From a virus, in IMG/VR virus record IMGVR_UViG_3300024254_000001, positions 1-56,377 of that record: DNA of 56,377 nucleotides, one strand, 5' to 3'. The notes beneath the pieces were generated by a model, which worked only from the letters and a program-made list of their open reading frames with translations, had not been told where the DNA came from and ran no database searches. How positions within the stretch are numbered: position 1 is the stretch's first letter; each line of letters starts with the position of its first letter. Below, in pieces: positions 14,990 to 23,084 of the stretch. Position numbers and translations under genes: made by a program.

Positions 14990-15666
14990 AAATCGCTGTT
15001 GTTTACGTGTTCCCGGAGAACGGTGGAAACGGTCACCTCGATCGTGCCCTGAAATTCGTCACGACCTATCAGGCCAACCCGCCCATGCACCTCCATGACA
15101 CAGTGGTTGTGTGCAACGGCGCTCGCGCAACTCCGGAGGCTAAATTCCTGTTTGAGTCCATGCCTGACTGTCAGTTCATCGAACACGATGATTCGGGTTT
15201 CGACATCGGCGCTTTTCAGTTGGCCGCTAAAACAGTGACGTGTGACATGATGGTGTTCTTTGGCGGCAACACGTACTTTCGCCGGGCCGGATGGCTCGCG
15301 AGAATGGCCAGCGTGTTCAGCACCTACGGGGATGCTCTTTACGGTTGCACTGGAAACCAGGGGGACACCCGTTTCAATGTGTTCCCTCACGTCAGGACAA
15401 CCGGTTTTTGGTGCAATCCAAAGCTGGTCAATGACCATCCGCTACGGGTCACCGATAACAGCCAGCGATACCCCTACGAGCACGGTCCCGAGGGTCTGAG
15501 CACCTGGACGTTGCGGACAGGAAAGCGAGTGTGGGTTGTGGGCTGGAGCGACATTAAGCCGCTGCATGACTGTGATTCTATGCCGGAGGGGTTTCACAAA
15601 GGGGTTCAGGCAAATATCCTTGTTGGCGACCGCTTAACCTGTGCGCCGTACTATCCTCACGAGTAA
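14986..15666 (+). CDS. Unknown enzyme-like protein, paralog B
   Basis: ATGA overlap. Paralogous to 14348..14989. Confidence 0.8.
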   Translation: MKIAVVYVFPENGGNGHLDRALKFVTTYQANPPMHLHDTVVVCNGARATPEAKFLFESMPDCQFIEHDDSGFDIGAFQLAAKTVTCDMMVFFGGNTYFRRAGWLARMASVFSTYGDALYGCTGNQGDTRFNVFPHVRTTGFWCNPKLVNDHPLRVTDNSQRYPYEHGPEGLSTWTLRTGKRVWVVGWSDIKPLHDCDSMPEGFHKGVQANILVGDRLTCAPYYPHE

Positions 15667-16344
15667 ATGCCTCAGCCGATTGCCGTTTTCTACCATTGCC
15701 TCTTTCAGATTGGCGATGAAATCCTGCCCAGTGCTCTGGCGGTTGTTCAGGAGCAAATGACTCAGCTTAAAGAAAGCGGGCTTGAAGATGCGGCTGCGGA
15801 AATTCATTGCGGTGTGAATGGTGGAAAGGAGAGCGAGGTTTACGGTCAGGCCATGCTGCCAGCCAAGGCGCACATCACGTATCACGGGCTGAAATCGCGC
15901 TCTGAAAATCTCACGCTTGTTCTCATGGAAAACTGGGTAAAGACTCACCCGGGATGGTCGGTCTTGTATTTTCACGCCAAAGGCAGCACTCACGCCATGG
16001 GCAGCGAGTACGGCACTTTTGCCGGGAACTGGCGCAGGCGGATGATGCACTACTGCGTGAAGCATTGGCGCTACTGCGTAAAAGACCTTGAGACTTATGA
16101 AGCCGTAGGATGCCACTGGCTGACTGGCCAAGGATGGGATCGCAGCCAGCATTACTTTGCCGGTACCTTTTTCTGGGTGCGCTCTGAATTCTGGGCGACC
16201 ATCCCGAGCATCTTCACCCGCCAACGGATAAAAGACTCCGGTATCGAATCGCTGGAGAGCCGCTATGAGGCAGAGGTTATCATGGGGAACGGTCCACGCC
16301 TGCCTTTCATCAAAAACTATTACGCCGGTCCAATCGGGACGTGA
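15667..16344 (+). CDS. Unknown enzyme-like protein (YFHAKG motif), possibly glycosyltransferase-like
   Basis: Starts directly after the upstream TAA. Contains VLYFHAKGSTH...NWRRRMMHYCVKHW. The function is a guess. Confidence 0.75.
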   Translation: MPQPIAVFYHCLFQIGDEILPSALAVVQEQMTQLKESGLEDAAAEIHCGVNGGKESEVYGQAMLPAKAHITYHGLKSRSENLTLVLMENWVKTHPGWSVLYFHAKGSTHAMGSEYGTFAGNWRRRMMHYCVKHWRYCVKDLETYEAVGCHWLTGQGWDRSQHYFAGTFFWVRSEFWATIPSIFTRQRIKDSGIESLESRYEAEVIMGNGPRLPFIKNYYAGPIGT

Positions 16345-16356
16345 TACTCTCTCACC

Positions 16357-17433
16357 GTGGCAATGACACCCGAGATGCAGAAGGCTTACGAGGATTCAGC
16401 GATTCCATTCTACGCTGGCGGCGGGGCAATCAGCGTTGAGCAGACCCGGCTAAAATCTTGGCGTTACTTCCTGGAGATAAATTCCGTTTGCAACCTGCAT
16501 TGCCCGACCTGTACCAAGGGCAACCAAAAAGGATACGACCATTTGACCGGCGTGATGGACCCCGAGTTAATGGAAAAGATTCTGGACAAGATTGCCTCCG
16601 AGAATCCTAACGCCATTGTTTTCACCTACGGCAACTCCGAGCCATTCCTGCATCCGCGTTTGCCGGAGTGCATTGCCGCTATCAAACGGCGTGGATTGCA
16701 CCCGGAGCTTTCCACCAACCTCAACGTGATCAACCGGGTGGATGAGCTTCTGGCAGCACAGCCAGACATGATAATCATCAGCCTCTCCGGGTTCACTCAG
16801 GAGGTTTACGTGAAAGGGCACGCGGGCGGGAACATTGAGAGAGTCAAAGCTAACATGCAGACCATTGCTGAGGCTAACGCCAGGGCCAACCCGAAGGTGA
16901 ACATTTCGGTCAATTACCACTTTTACAATGACAACGAGCACGAAGTTGCTCCGATGAAAGAATATGCCGAAGCCTTGGGATTGAATTTTTTCACCTCCGT
17001 TGCGCGAGCCATTTCGATGGAGAACGCGATCCAGTATTGCCGGTCCAAAGACCCGGAGGCTACCCCGTTCGAGGTTCAGGACGGTAGGCCAGACTGGAAC
17101 ACTGCGCTTCCTCCCGTTGGAGATACTTACGTTAAGACGATGGAGCGGCTGAGGATTCCGCCGACCAACGCCCGGGAAATGTACCAGCACCATCCGCGCT
17201 CCGAAGTGTGCCCGGTTGGCGCGGGTGGAATGTTCACTTTCATCCGGCATGACGGCAAAACCTCAATGTGCGCTTGCGTGGCAGATCGCCGGATAACAGT
17301 GGGTGACTATTTGGACACGACTCCGGACCAAATGATTGAGCAACGCACCGGTCACGCCATTTGCAAACAATGTCTTCACTACCGGACCAATCTTTACTTT
17401 CACATTGTTGACCGGGACAAATGGACGCCATGA
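16357..17433 (+). CDS. Radical SAM enzyme with a C-terminal Cys-rich (SPASM/twitch-like) region
   Basis: CNLHCPTC is the CX3CX2C motif. GNSEPFLHP follows. The C-terminus has CPVGAGG...CACVADR...CKQC. Confidence 0.9.
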   Translation: MAMTPEMQKAYEDSAIPFYAGGGAISVEQTRLKSWRYFLEINSVCNLHCPTCTKGNQKGYDHLTGVMDPELMEKILDKIASENPNAIVFTYGNSEPFLHPRLPECIAAIKRRGLHPELSTNLNVINRVDELLAAQPDMIIISLSGFTQEVYVKGHAGGNIERVKANMQTIAEANARANPKVNISVNYHFYNDNEHEVAPMKEYAEALGLNFFTSVARAISMENAIQYCRSKDPEATPFEVQDGRPDWNTALPPVGDTYVKTMERLRIPPTNAREMYQHHPRSEVCPVGAGGMFTFIRHDGKTSMCACVADRRITVGDYLDTTPDQMIEQRTGHAICKQCLHYRTNLYFHIVDRDKWTP

Positions 17434-18008
17434 CCCTGGACGAAATTGCGATCAAACATCAGACTGACAAGGCCAGCCAGTTCACGCGCACCTACGCGTT
17501 GCCTCACGACTACTGCCGCCACCTGGAACGATTCTTTGAGCCGATGCGTTACAAGGCAATCAAGCTGCTTGAAATCGGAATTGGCGGCGGCGAATCCGCC
17601 CGCACATGGCTGGAGTATTTTCCCAAGGCTCTAGTCCACGGAGTTGATTTGGTTCACGACACCAATCCTTTCAACACCCCACGCTCAAAAGACATTCCGC
17701 GCTACGTATTCAATCAGGGCGACCAGACCAGCGAAGTGTTTTGGAAGTGCTTCGTGGCCGATTACGGCAGTCAGTGGGACATCATCATTGACGATGGTTC
17801 GCACATCTCCGGCGACATCATTAAGACTTTCGGATACCTCTGGCCCCACGTGATTCCTGGTGGCATCTACGAGATCGAAGACCTGAACGTAGCTCCGGAA
17901 GCCAGGGCTTGGCTCCTTGAATTTGTGGTTGGGATAAACGCCGGTACCAGCGACGTGGATTCAATCTACTTTTCCAAAGAGCTTGCAGTTATCAGAAAAA
18001 AGGGGTAG
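17430..18008 (+). CDS. Class I SAM-dependent methyltransferase
   Basis: Contains HQTDKA, LLEIGIGGGESARTW (motif I) and IIIDDGSH. ATGA overlap with the radical SAM stop; an alternative ATG is at 17421. Confidence 0.85.
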   Translation: MTLDEIAIKHQTDKASQFTRTYALPHDYCRHLERFFEPMRYKAIKLLEIGIGGGESARTWLEYFPKALVHGVDLVHDTNPFNTPRSKDIPRYVFNQGDQTSEVFWKCFVADYGSQWDIIIDDGSHISGDIIKTFGYLWPHVIPGGIYEIEDLNVAPEARAWLLEFVVGINAGTSDVDSIYFSKELAVIRKKG

Positions 18009-18072
18009 AAAAAACGAACCGAGAGAGCGGCTGTAACCGCTTCCCGGCTCTGAACACAACGACGTTACCGTT

Positions 18073-18744
18073 ATGCCTGATAAAGCTTCTAAACCACCCG
18101 GAAAATGTTCTCAAGATTTAACTGGCCATAAATTCGGTCGGCTCACCGTTATTGCCTTTGCTGGCCGCAAGGTTGGACCCCCGCGTAACAGACCATTGCT
18201 TTGGCTTTGCGAGTGCGAATGCACCAACAAGATAACCACGACTACCGGATGCCTGAAATCTGGAAACACGCTTTCGTGCGGCTGTTATCAAAAAGAACAG
18301 GCGACCAAGACCGCCACCATTCATGGCGGTCACGATGATCCTCTCTATTCAGTTTGGATTCACATGAGAGAAAGATGCCAAAATCCAAATCTAGAATGCT
18401 ATGATAGGTACGGAGGGAGGGGAATTCATGTTTGCGAAGAATGGAAAGACTTCTCTGTTTTTAGATCGGACATGGGGCCAAGCTATAAGGAAGGACTGAC
18501 CTTGGATCGGCGGAACAATCTGGAAGGCTATTCCAAATCGAATTGCCGGTGGGCTACAACCGCAGAGCAAAACCGAAACCGGAGAGACAATAAATTTTTA
18601 GAATTCGGTGACGAAAACCTGTGCATGGCAGCTTGGGACGAACGCCTTGGATTTGCAAAAGGAACCGTGTCGCGTCGGATTGGGCGACACTGGACCATTG
18701 AGAAAGCATTGACAACGCCACTTCGAAAGCGTAATCCGGCTTGA
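18073..18744 (+). CDS. Free-standing homing-endonuclease-like DNA-binding protein
   Basis: YSVWIHMRERCQNPNLECYDRYGGRGIHVCEEWKDFSVFRSDMGP...LDRRNNLEGYSKSNCRWATTAEQNRN is a family commonly annotated as HNH/AP2-type in phages. A second copy lies at 54513..54965. Confidence 0.8.
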   Translation: MPDKASKPPGKCSQDLTGHKFGRLTVIAFAGRKVGPPRNRPLLWLCECECTNKITTTTGCLKSGNTLSCGCYQKEQATKTATIHGGHDDPLYSVWIHMRERCQNPNLECYDRYGGRGIHVCEEWKDFSVFRSDMGPSYKEGLTLDRRNNLEGYSKSNCRWATTAEQNRNRRDNKFLEFGDENLCMAAWDERLGFAKGTVSRRIGRHWTIEKALTTPLRKRNPA

Positions 18745-21038
18745 TGGAATTTCGTAACGCCGATGATGTAAGCTCGGTTTGTTGGATGTTGAAACAAGCC
18801 GACTTTTATCGTGGAAAAAACAGGGCGCTTATAGACGAGCTTTTCAACGGTACTCCCCCTTATTCTGATGCCGAAGTTGAGGATAACAACATCGCCGTGA
18901 ATGTGAATTTTCTCGAATCCACGAGACTCGCTCATGATTCAAGGGCACAATTCTCCAACGCTTTTCAGAAACCCGGCAAATTCTTCACCTGCCGCACGGA
19001 CATGGGTTCACGGCATAAGCGTGCTCAGTACGGCGTGATCGTCAGTAACGAGATCAACCGACCGATGAAGCGCAGCTTGCACTACATGGAGTGTTTGCGC
19101 TCGCAATTCGCGTTGGACATTTTGCACGGGATTGGCCCGGCGACCTGGGAGAACGGTGATTCATGGTGTCCCGACCCTCGCGGGGTGGAAGACATCTTGT
19201 TGCCCGCCAACACCGTTCTGACGTTCAAAAATCTTCCATTCTTCGCGCTCATGCGCAGCTTCACAGCACCGGAATTGATTAAGCTCACTCGCGGCCCGAT
19301 TACTGACAGGGGTTGGAAAATGGACGTGGTAAATTCCTGCCTGGAATACATTGACCGCGAATCTCAAGCGCTCTTTGGGAGCAATTACCCGGAGGTTTGG
19401 TCACCGGAAAAGATTGCGGAGCGAGTCAAAGGCGACGGCACTTACTATTCCGGGGATGCAGTTCCGACAATTGACACGTTCGACTTTTATTACTGGAGCG
19501 ATGAGGGCAAGCATGAGGGCTGGCGACGAAGAATAATCCTCGATGACTGGGGCGGCACGATGCAGGGCGGTACCGTAAGCTGGAGCCGAAACGCCAAGCT
19601 CGATTTCAGCAAGGGCAAGTTTCTCTATGACGGAGGGGCGCGGGTGTTTGCCGACCGCAGGGAGGAAATGTTTCATTGCCAATTCGCCGACCTGTCCGCC
19701 GTTGCGCCTTTCCGGTATCACTCCGTTCGCTCGCTGGGATTCCTGCTCTACGGCATTTGCCACCTGCAAAACCGGCTCCGTTGCAAAATGCAAGAGGCAG
19801 TATTTGAAACGCTGATGCAGTTGTTTCGGGTGAAGTCCATGGATGACGTGCAGCGGGCGCTCAACGTTCAGCTTTACAACCACGCTTTCATTGACGAGAC
19901 GATCAACCCCATCCCGGCGCAAGAGCGATGGCAACCCAACGTCAACCTTGCGGAATTGGGTCTGCGCGAAAACGCCAACCTGATTACTCAGAATTCCGGA
20001 GCGTTCACGCAGCAACAGAATTTGTCCCCCGACAAAACCGAGAAGACCAAGTTTCAAGTCATGGCCGAAATGAACGCCATGCAGGCGATGGTTTCGGCGG
20101 GCCTGAGCCAGTCATACGAATATCAAAATCATCAGTACCGGGAGATCGTTCGCCGGTTTATGAAGGACAATTCAAAAGACCCGGAAGTGCGGCAAGCTCG
20201 CGCCTCGATGCTTCGCCGGGGTGTTCCGGAAAAGCTTTTAGTCCCTGAGTATTGGGACGTTGAAAGCGAGCGCATCATGGGCGGGGGAAACAAGACCCTC
20301 GAAATGACGATCGCCGGGCAATTGATGGAGTGGCGCGATAAATTTGACCCCGACCCTCAGCGCCAGATTCTCCGTGATTCAGTACTGGCTATCACCGACG
20401 ATTCTGCCCGCGCCGAGGAACTGGTACCCGAGCAGCCTCAAATCAGCGATTCCATTCACGACACCGAAGCGGTGTTTGGAACTCTAATGACCGGAACCGC
20501 CGTCACTCCAAAGTCAGGGTTAAACGCCGTGGAAGTCGCCGGGAGAACCTTGGTGATGATTGAGAACAAGGTGAAACAAATCATGCAGCAAGGCGGCGTT
20601 GGCACACCGGCTGACATTCTCGGATTGTCCACGGCAGCAAATTACGCCGACCAGTACATTGCGCTCCTCTCCAAAGACCCCCAGGCCAAAGCGATTGTCA
20701 AAAAGCTGGGCGATGCCAAAGGCAAGATAATGAACGAAGTCAAAGCCATGGCTCAGCGCCAGCAGGAGATGGCCAAGAAAGCAGCCGCCCAGGCGCAACA
20801 GGGCAACGGCAGCGATCCGAAAGATGCGGCCAAGGTTCAGGCAATGCTGATGCAGGCCAGAGTCAAAGCCGATAACTCCAAACAGAGTCACGCCTTGAAG
20901 ACGGCTCAGCGCCAAATCCAGTTTGAGGCTCAAATGAAGCAGGACGAAGAAAAACACGCTGCCGACCTTGCCGCTAAGGAATTGGAGGCACGCCAACAGT
21001 TCCACCATAACCGGCTGAAAAGTTTAGGAGACGAGTAA
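18744..21038 (+). CDS. Portal protein (by position and size)
   Basis: About 764 aa, immediately upstream of the scaffold and capsid genes, with a coiled, charged C-terminus. No motif proof. Confidence 0.6.
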   Translation: MEFRNADDVSSVCWMLKQADFYRGKNRALIDELFNGTPPYSDAEVEDNNIAVNVNFLESTRLAHDSRAQFSNAFQKPGKFFTCRTDMGSRHKRAQYGVIVSNEINRPMKRSLHYMECLRSQFALDILHGIGPATWENGDSWCPDPRGVEDILLPANTVLTFKNLPFFALMRSFTAPELIKLTRGPITDRGWKMDVVNSCLEYIDRESQALFGSNYPEVWSPEKIAERVKGDGTYYSGDAVPTIDTFDFYYWSDEGKHEGWRRRIILDDWGGTMQGGTVSWSRNAKLDFSKGKFLYDGGARVFADRREEMFHCQFADLSAVAPFRYHSVRSLGFLLYGICHLQNRLRCKMQEAVFETLMQLFRVKSMDDVQRALNVQLYNHAFIDETINPIPAQERWQPNVNLAELGLRENANLITQNSGAFTQQQNLSPDKTEKTKFQVMAEMNAMQAMVSAGLSQSYEYQNHQYREIVRRFMKDNSKDPEVRQARASMLRRGVPEKLLVPEYWDVESERIMGGGNKTLEMTIAGQLMEWRDKFDPDPQRQILRDSVLAITDDSARAEELVPEQPQISDSIHDTEAVFGTLMTGTAVTPKSGLNAVEVAGRTLVMIENKVKQIMQQGGVGTPADILGLSTAANYADQYIALLSKDPQAKAIVKKLGDAKGKIMNEVKAMAQRQQEMAKKAAAQAQQGNGSDPKDAAKVQAMLMQARVKADNSKQSHALKTAQRQIQFEAQMKQDEEKHAADLAAKELEARQQFHHNRLKSLGDE

Positions 21039-21098
21039 ATGCCGGAGGGCTGGGCATGGGACGAAGACGATGACCCTCCGGAGGATTGCGACGAATGA
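21039..21098 (+). CDS. Micro-ORF, 19 aa, acidic (MPEGWAWDEDDDPPEDCDE)
   Basis: The ATG directly follows the portal TAA. Its TGA overlaps the ATP-grasp ATG (ATGA). It could be spurious. Confidence 0.3.
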   Translation: MPEGWAWDEDDDPPEDCDE

Positions 21099-22384
21099 AA
21101 CAAATCGGCGATGTAACATGCGCGATCATAGACTCCGGACTGTTCCTGCCAATGGCTCACCGGATGGCCGAGGAGGCTAAGCGGGTAATCTTCTGTCAGC
21201 CTTGCGAAAAAACCCCATGCACGGTCAAGAGCGCGTGCATTGGTGACGGTTTCCCCGGCATTGAGACAGTCCGAGACTTCTGGCCCTTGATTGATGAGAT
21301 CGATCTGTTCTGCTTCCCCGATGTCCACCATTCCGGCTTGCAGCTTTACCTGGAGTCCATCGGCAAAGCCGTTTGGGGATGCCGCAGTGCCGATGTCCTG
21401 GAGTTGAACCGGACCCGGATGATGAAGATGTTGGCAGAGCTTGGGCTGGACGTACCCGAGTACAAAACGGTTGTTGGACTCGATGAGCTTCGCCGGGTGT
21501 TGCAGGATGAGTCTGACAAGTACGTGAAAATCTCCCGCTACCGGGGCGACATGGAAACCTTTCACTGGCGGGACATGGCGCATGACGAAGGATGGCTTGA
21601 TTGGCTGGCGGTGAATTTCGGACCTTTGAAAAAACACGTCCGTTTCCTGGTGTTCGATTCCATTTTGACGGATTTGGAAATTGGAGGAGACACCTACTGC
21701 ATTGACGGCAAGTGGCCCGGCGTAATGTTGAACGGGATCGAGAGCAAGGATAAGAGCTACTTTGCAGCCGTCACGGATCGGATCGACGCCCCAGACCAAA
21801 CGCTGCACGTCATGGAGGCTTTCTCTCCTTTCCTCGCCAAAAGCCGGTACCGGCAATTTTGGTCAATGGAGGTTAGGGTGAAAGATGACAAATCGTACTT
21901 CATTGACGCGACCGTGAGGGGCGGATTGCCGTCCTCAGCTTCGCAGCAACTTCTCTGGGCGAACTACCCTCAAATCGTCTGGGCTGGAGCCAACGGTGAA
22001 TTGGTGGAACCGGAGCCGCTTGCCAAGTTCTCAATCGAAACCATGGTGAGCACCAAGAGCGAAAAGGATTCATGGGACACGGTAGAGCTTCCCGAGGAAC
22101 TAACCCGCAATTGCCGATTCTCCAACTGCGCCCTTGTGGATGGTAGGTACTGCTTCCCTCCCGACGAATTAACGAGCGGTGACCTAGGTTGGCTCTGTGC
22201 CACCGGGGACACCCCGCAGGAGGCTCTGAACGAAATCAAGCGGCTCGCGGATATGCTTCCCGATGGCCTGGACGCCAAGGTTGAGGATTTGTCCGGTGTG
22301 CTCAAAGAGATTGACACCGCCGCCAAGGAAGGCATAAGAATTACTGACAGTCCGGTGCCAGAGCCGGAAGCTGCGATACAATGA
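21095..22384 (+). CDS. ATP-grasp fold protein
   Basis: Layout by eye: Rossmann-like N-terminus, ELNRTRMMKMLAELGLDVPEY, KYVKISRYRGDMETF, LVFDSILTDLEIGGDTYCIDG, FWSMEVRVKDDKSYFIDATVRGGLP. Confidence 0.6.
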   Translation: MKQIGDVTCAIIDSGLFLPMAHRMAEEAKRVIFCQPCEKTPCTVKSACIGDGFPGIETVRDFWPLIDEIDLFCFPDVHHSGLQLYLESIGKAVWGCRSADVLELNRTRMMKMLAELGLDVPEYKTVVGLDELRRVLQDESDKYVKISRYRGDMETFHWRDMAHDEGWLDWLAVNFGPLKKHVRFLVFDSILTDLEIGGDTYCIDGKWPGVMLNGIESKDKSYFAAVTDRIDAPDQTLHVMEAFSPFLAKSRYRQFWSMEVRVKDDKSYFIDATVRGGLPSSASQQLLWANYPQIVWAGANGELVEPEPLAKFSIETMVSTKSEKDSWDTVELPEELTRNCRFSNCALVDGRYCFPPDELTSGDLGWLCATGDTPQEALNEIKRLADMLPDGLDAKVEDLSGVLKEIDTAAKEGIRITDSPVPEPEAAIQ

Positions 22385-22422
22385 ACTCCTCGAAAGGCTC
22401 ACCAGCAACCGTCCCGCAAGCG

Positions 22423-22527
22423 ATGGCAGATAGAACGCCGCAGTACGATCGGGTGTTCAAGCGTAAGCCGAAACCCGGGCGACCCCGCAAAGGTGACCAC
22501 AAGCACCAACAGTTTTGGGTGAAATAA
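22423..22527 (+). CDS. Small basic ORF (34 aa, below the ORF-track cutoff)
   Basis: MADRTPQYDRVFKRKPKPGRPRKGDHKHQQFWVK. Its C-terminus resembles that of the next ORF. Confidence 0.35.
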   Translation: MADRTPQYDRVFKRKPKPGRPRKGDHKHQQFWVK

Positions 22528-22529
22528 AG

Positions 22530-22754
22530 ATGCCAGAGGAAAATCCAGAGCGGCCCGGCCAGTTAATTTCCAGCCCGCATGTTCACGTAGCGACCCGCGA
22601 CCAACAAAAGCCGATGCTCAAACTGCTTGGGCGGATGGCGAAGATGAAGCACCCCGGAAAGCCAGCCAAGCCGCCGACACGCAGCCATTCCGCCAGGAAG
22701 GGGTTGCAGGCCAATCAAAACGTGGCAATCAAGCACAAGCAGATTTTTTGGTAA
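22530..22754 (+). CDS. Small basic protein (74 aa)
   Basis: MPEENPERPG...KPAKPPTRSHSARKGLQANQNVAIKHKQIFW. ATG at 22530. Confidence 0.5.
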   Translation: MPEENPERPGQLISSPHVHVATRDQQKPMLKLLGRMAKMKHPGKPAKPPTRSHSARKGLQANQNVAIKHKQIFW

Positions 22755-22776
22755 GTCCACAACAGAGCCATGCACC

Positions 22777-23082
22777 ATGCCAACACCAAACCTGACCCCG
22801 ATTAAAAGCCTCAGCCCCCGGGAGCAATTCCGGGAGCACGCGGATTCCATCACAAAACATCGCAACTTGGTTGACCTGCCCGAGTTTCAAAGGGCGGCTC
22901 AATACGCGATGCTCGAATTTCAAGCGCTCCTTTCCGCTCAAGTCAAAGACGCCAATAGCGCTCTGGCAGTGGGGTACAAGCTCCAGGGCGGACTTGAGCT
23001 AATCAGCATCCTGAGAAACCTTGCCGAGCCAACTCCAGCACTGCCCAAAATCGTTAATCAACAACTCAATCATCACGCCTGA
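22777..23082 (+). CDS. Hypothetical head-module protein (101 aa)
   Basis: ORF between the ATP-grasp and scaffold genes. Confidence 0.65.
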   Translation: MPTPNLTPIKSLSPREQFREHADSITKHRNLVDLPEFQRAAQYAMLEFQALLSAQVKDANSALAVGYKLQGGLELISILRNLAEPTPALPKIVNQQLNHHA

Positions 23083-23084
23083 TT

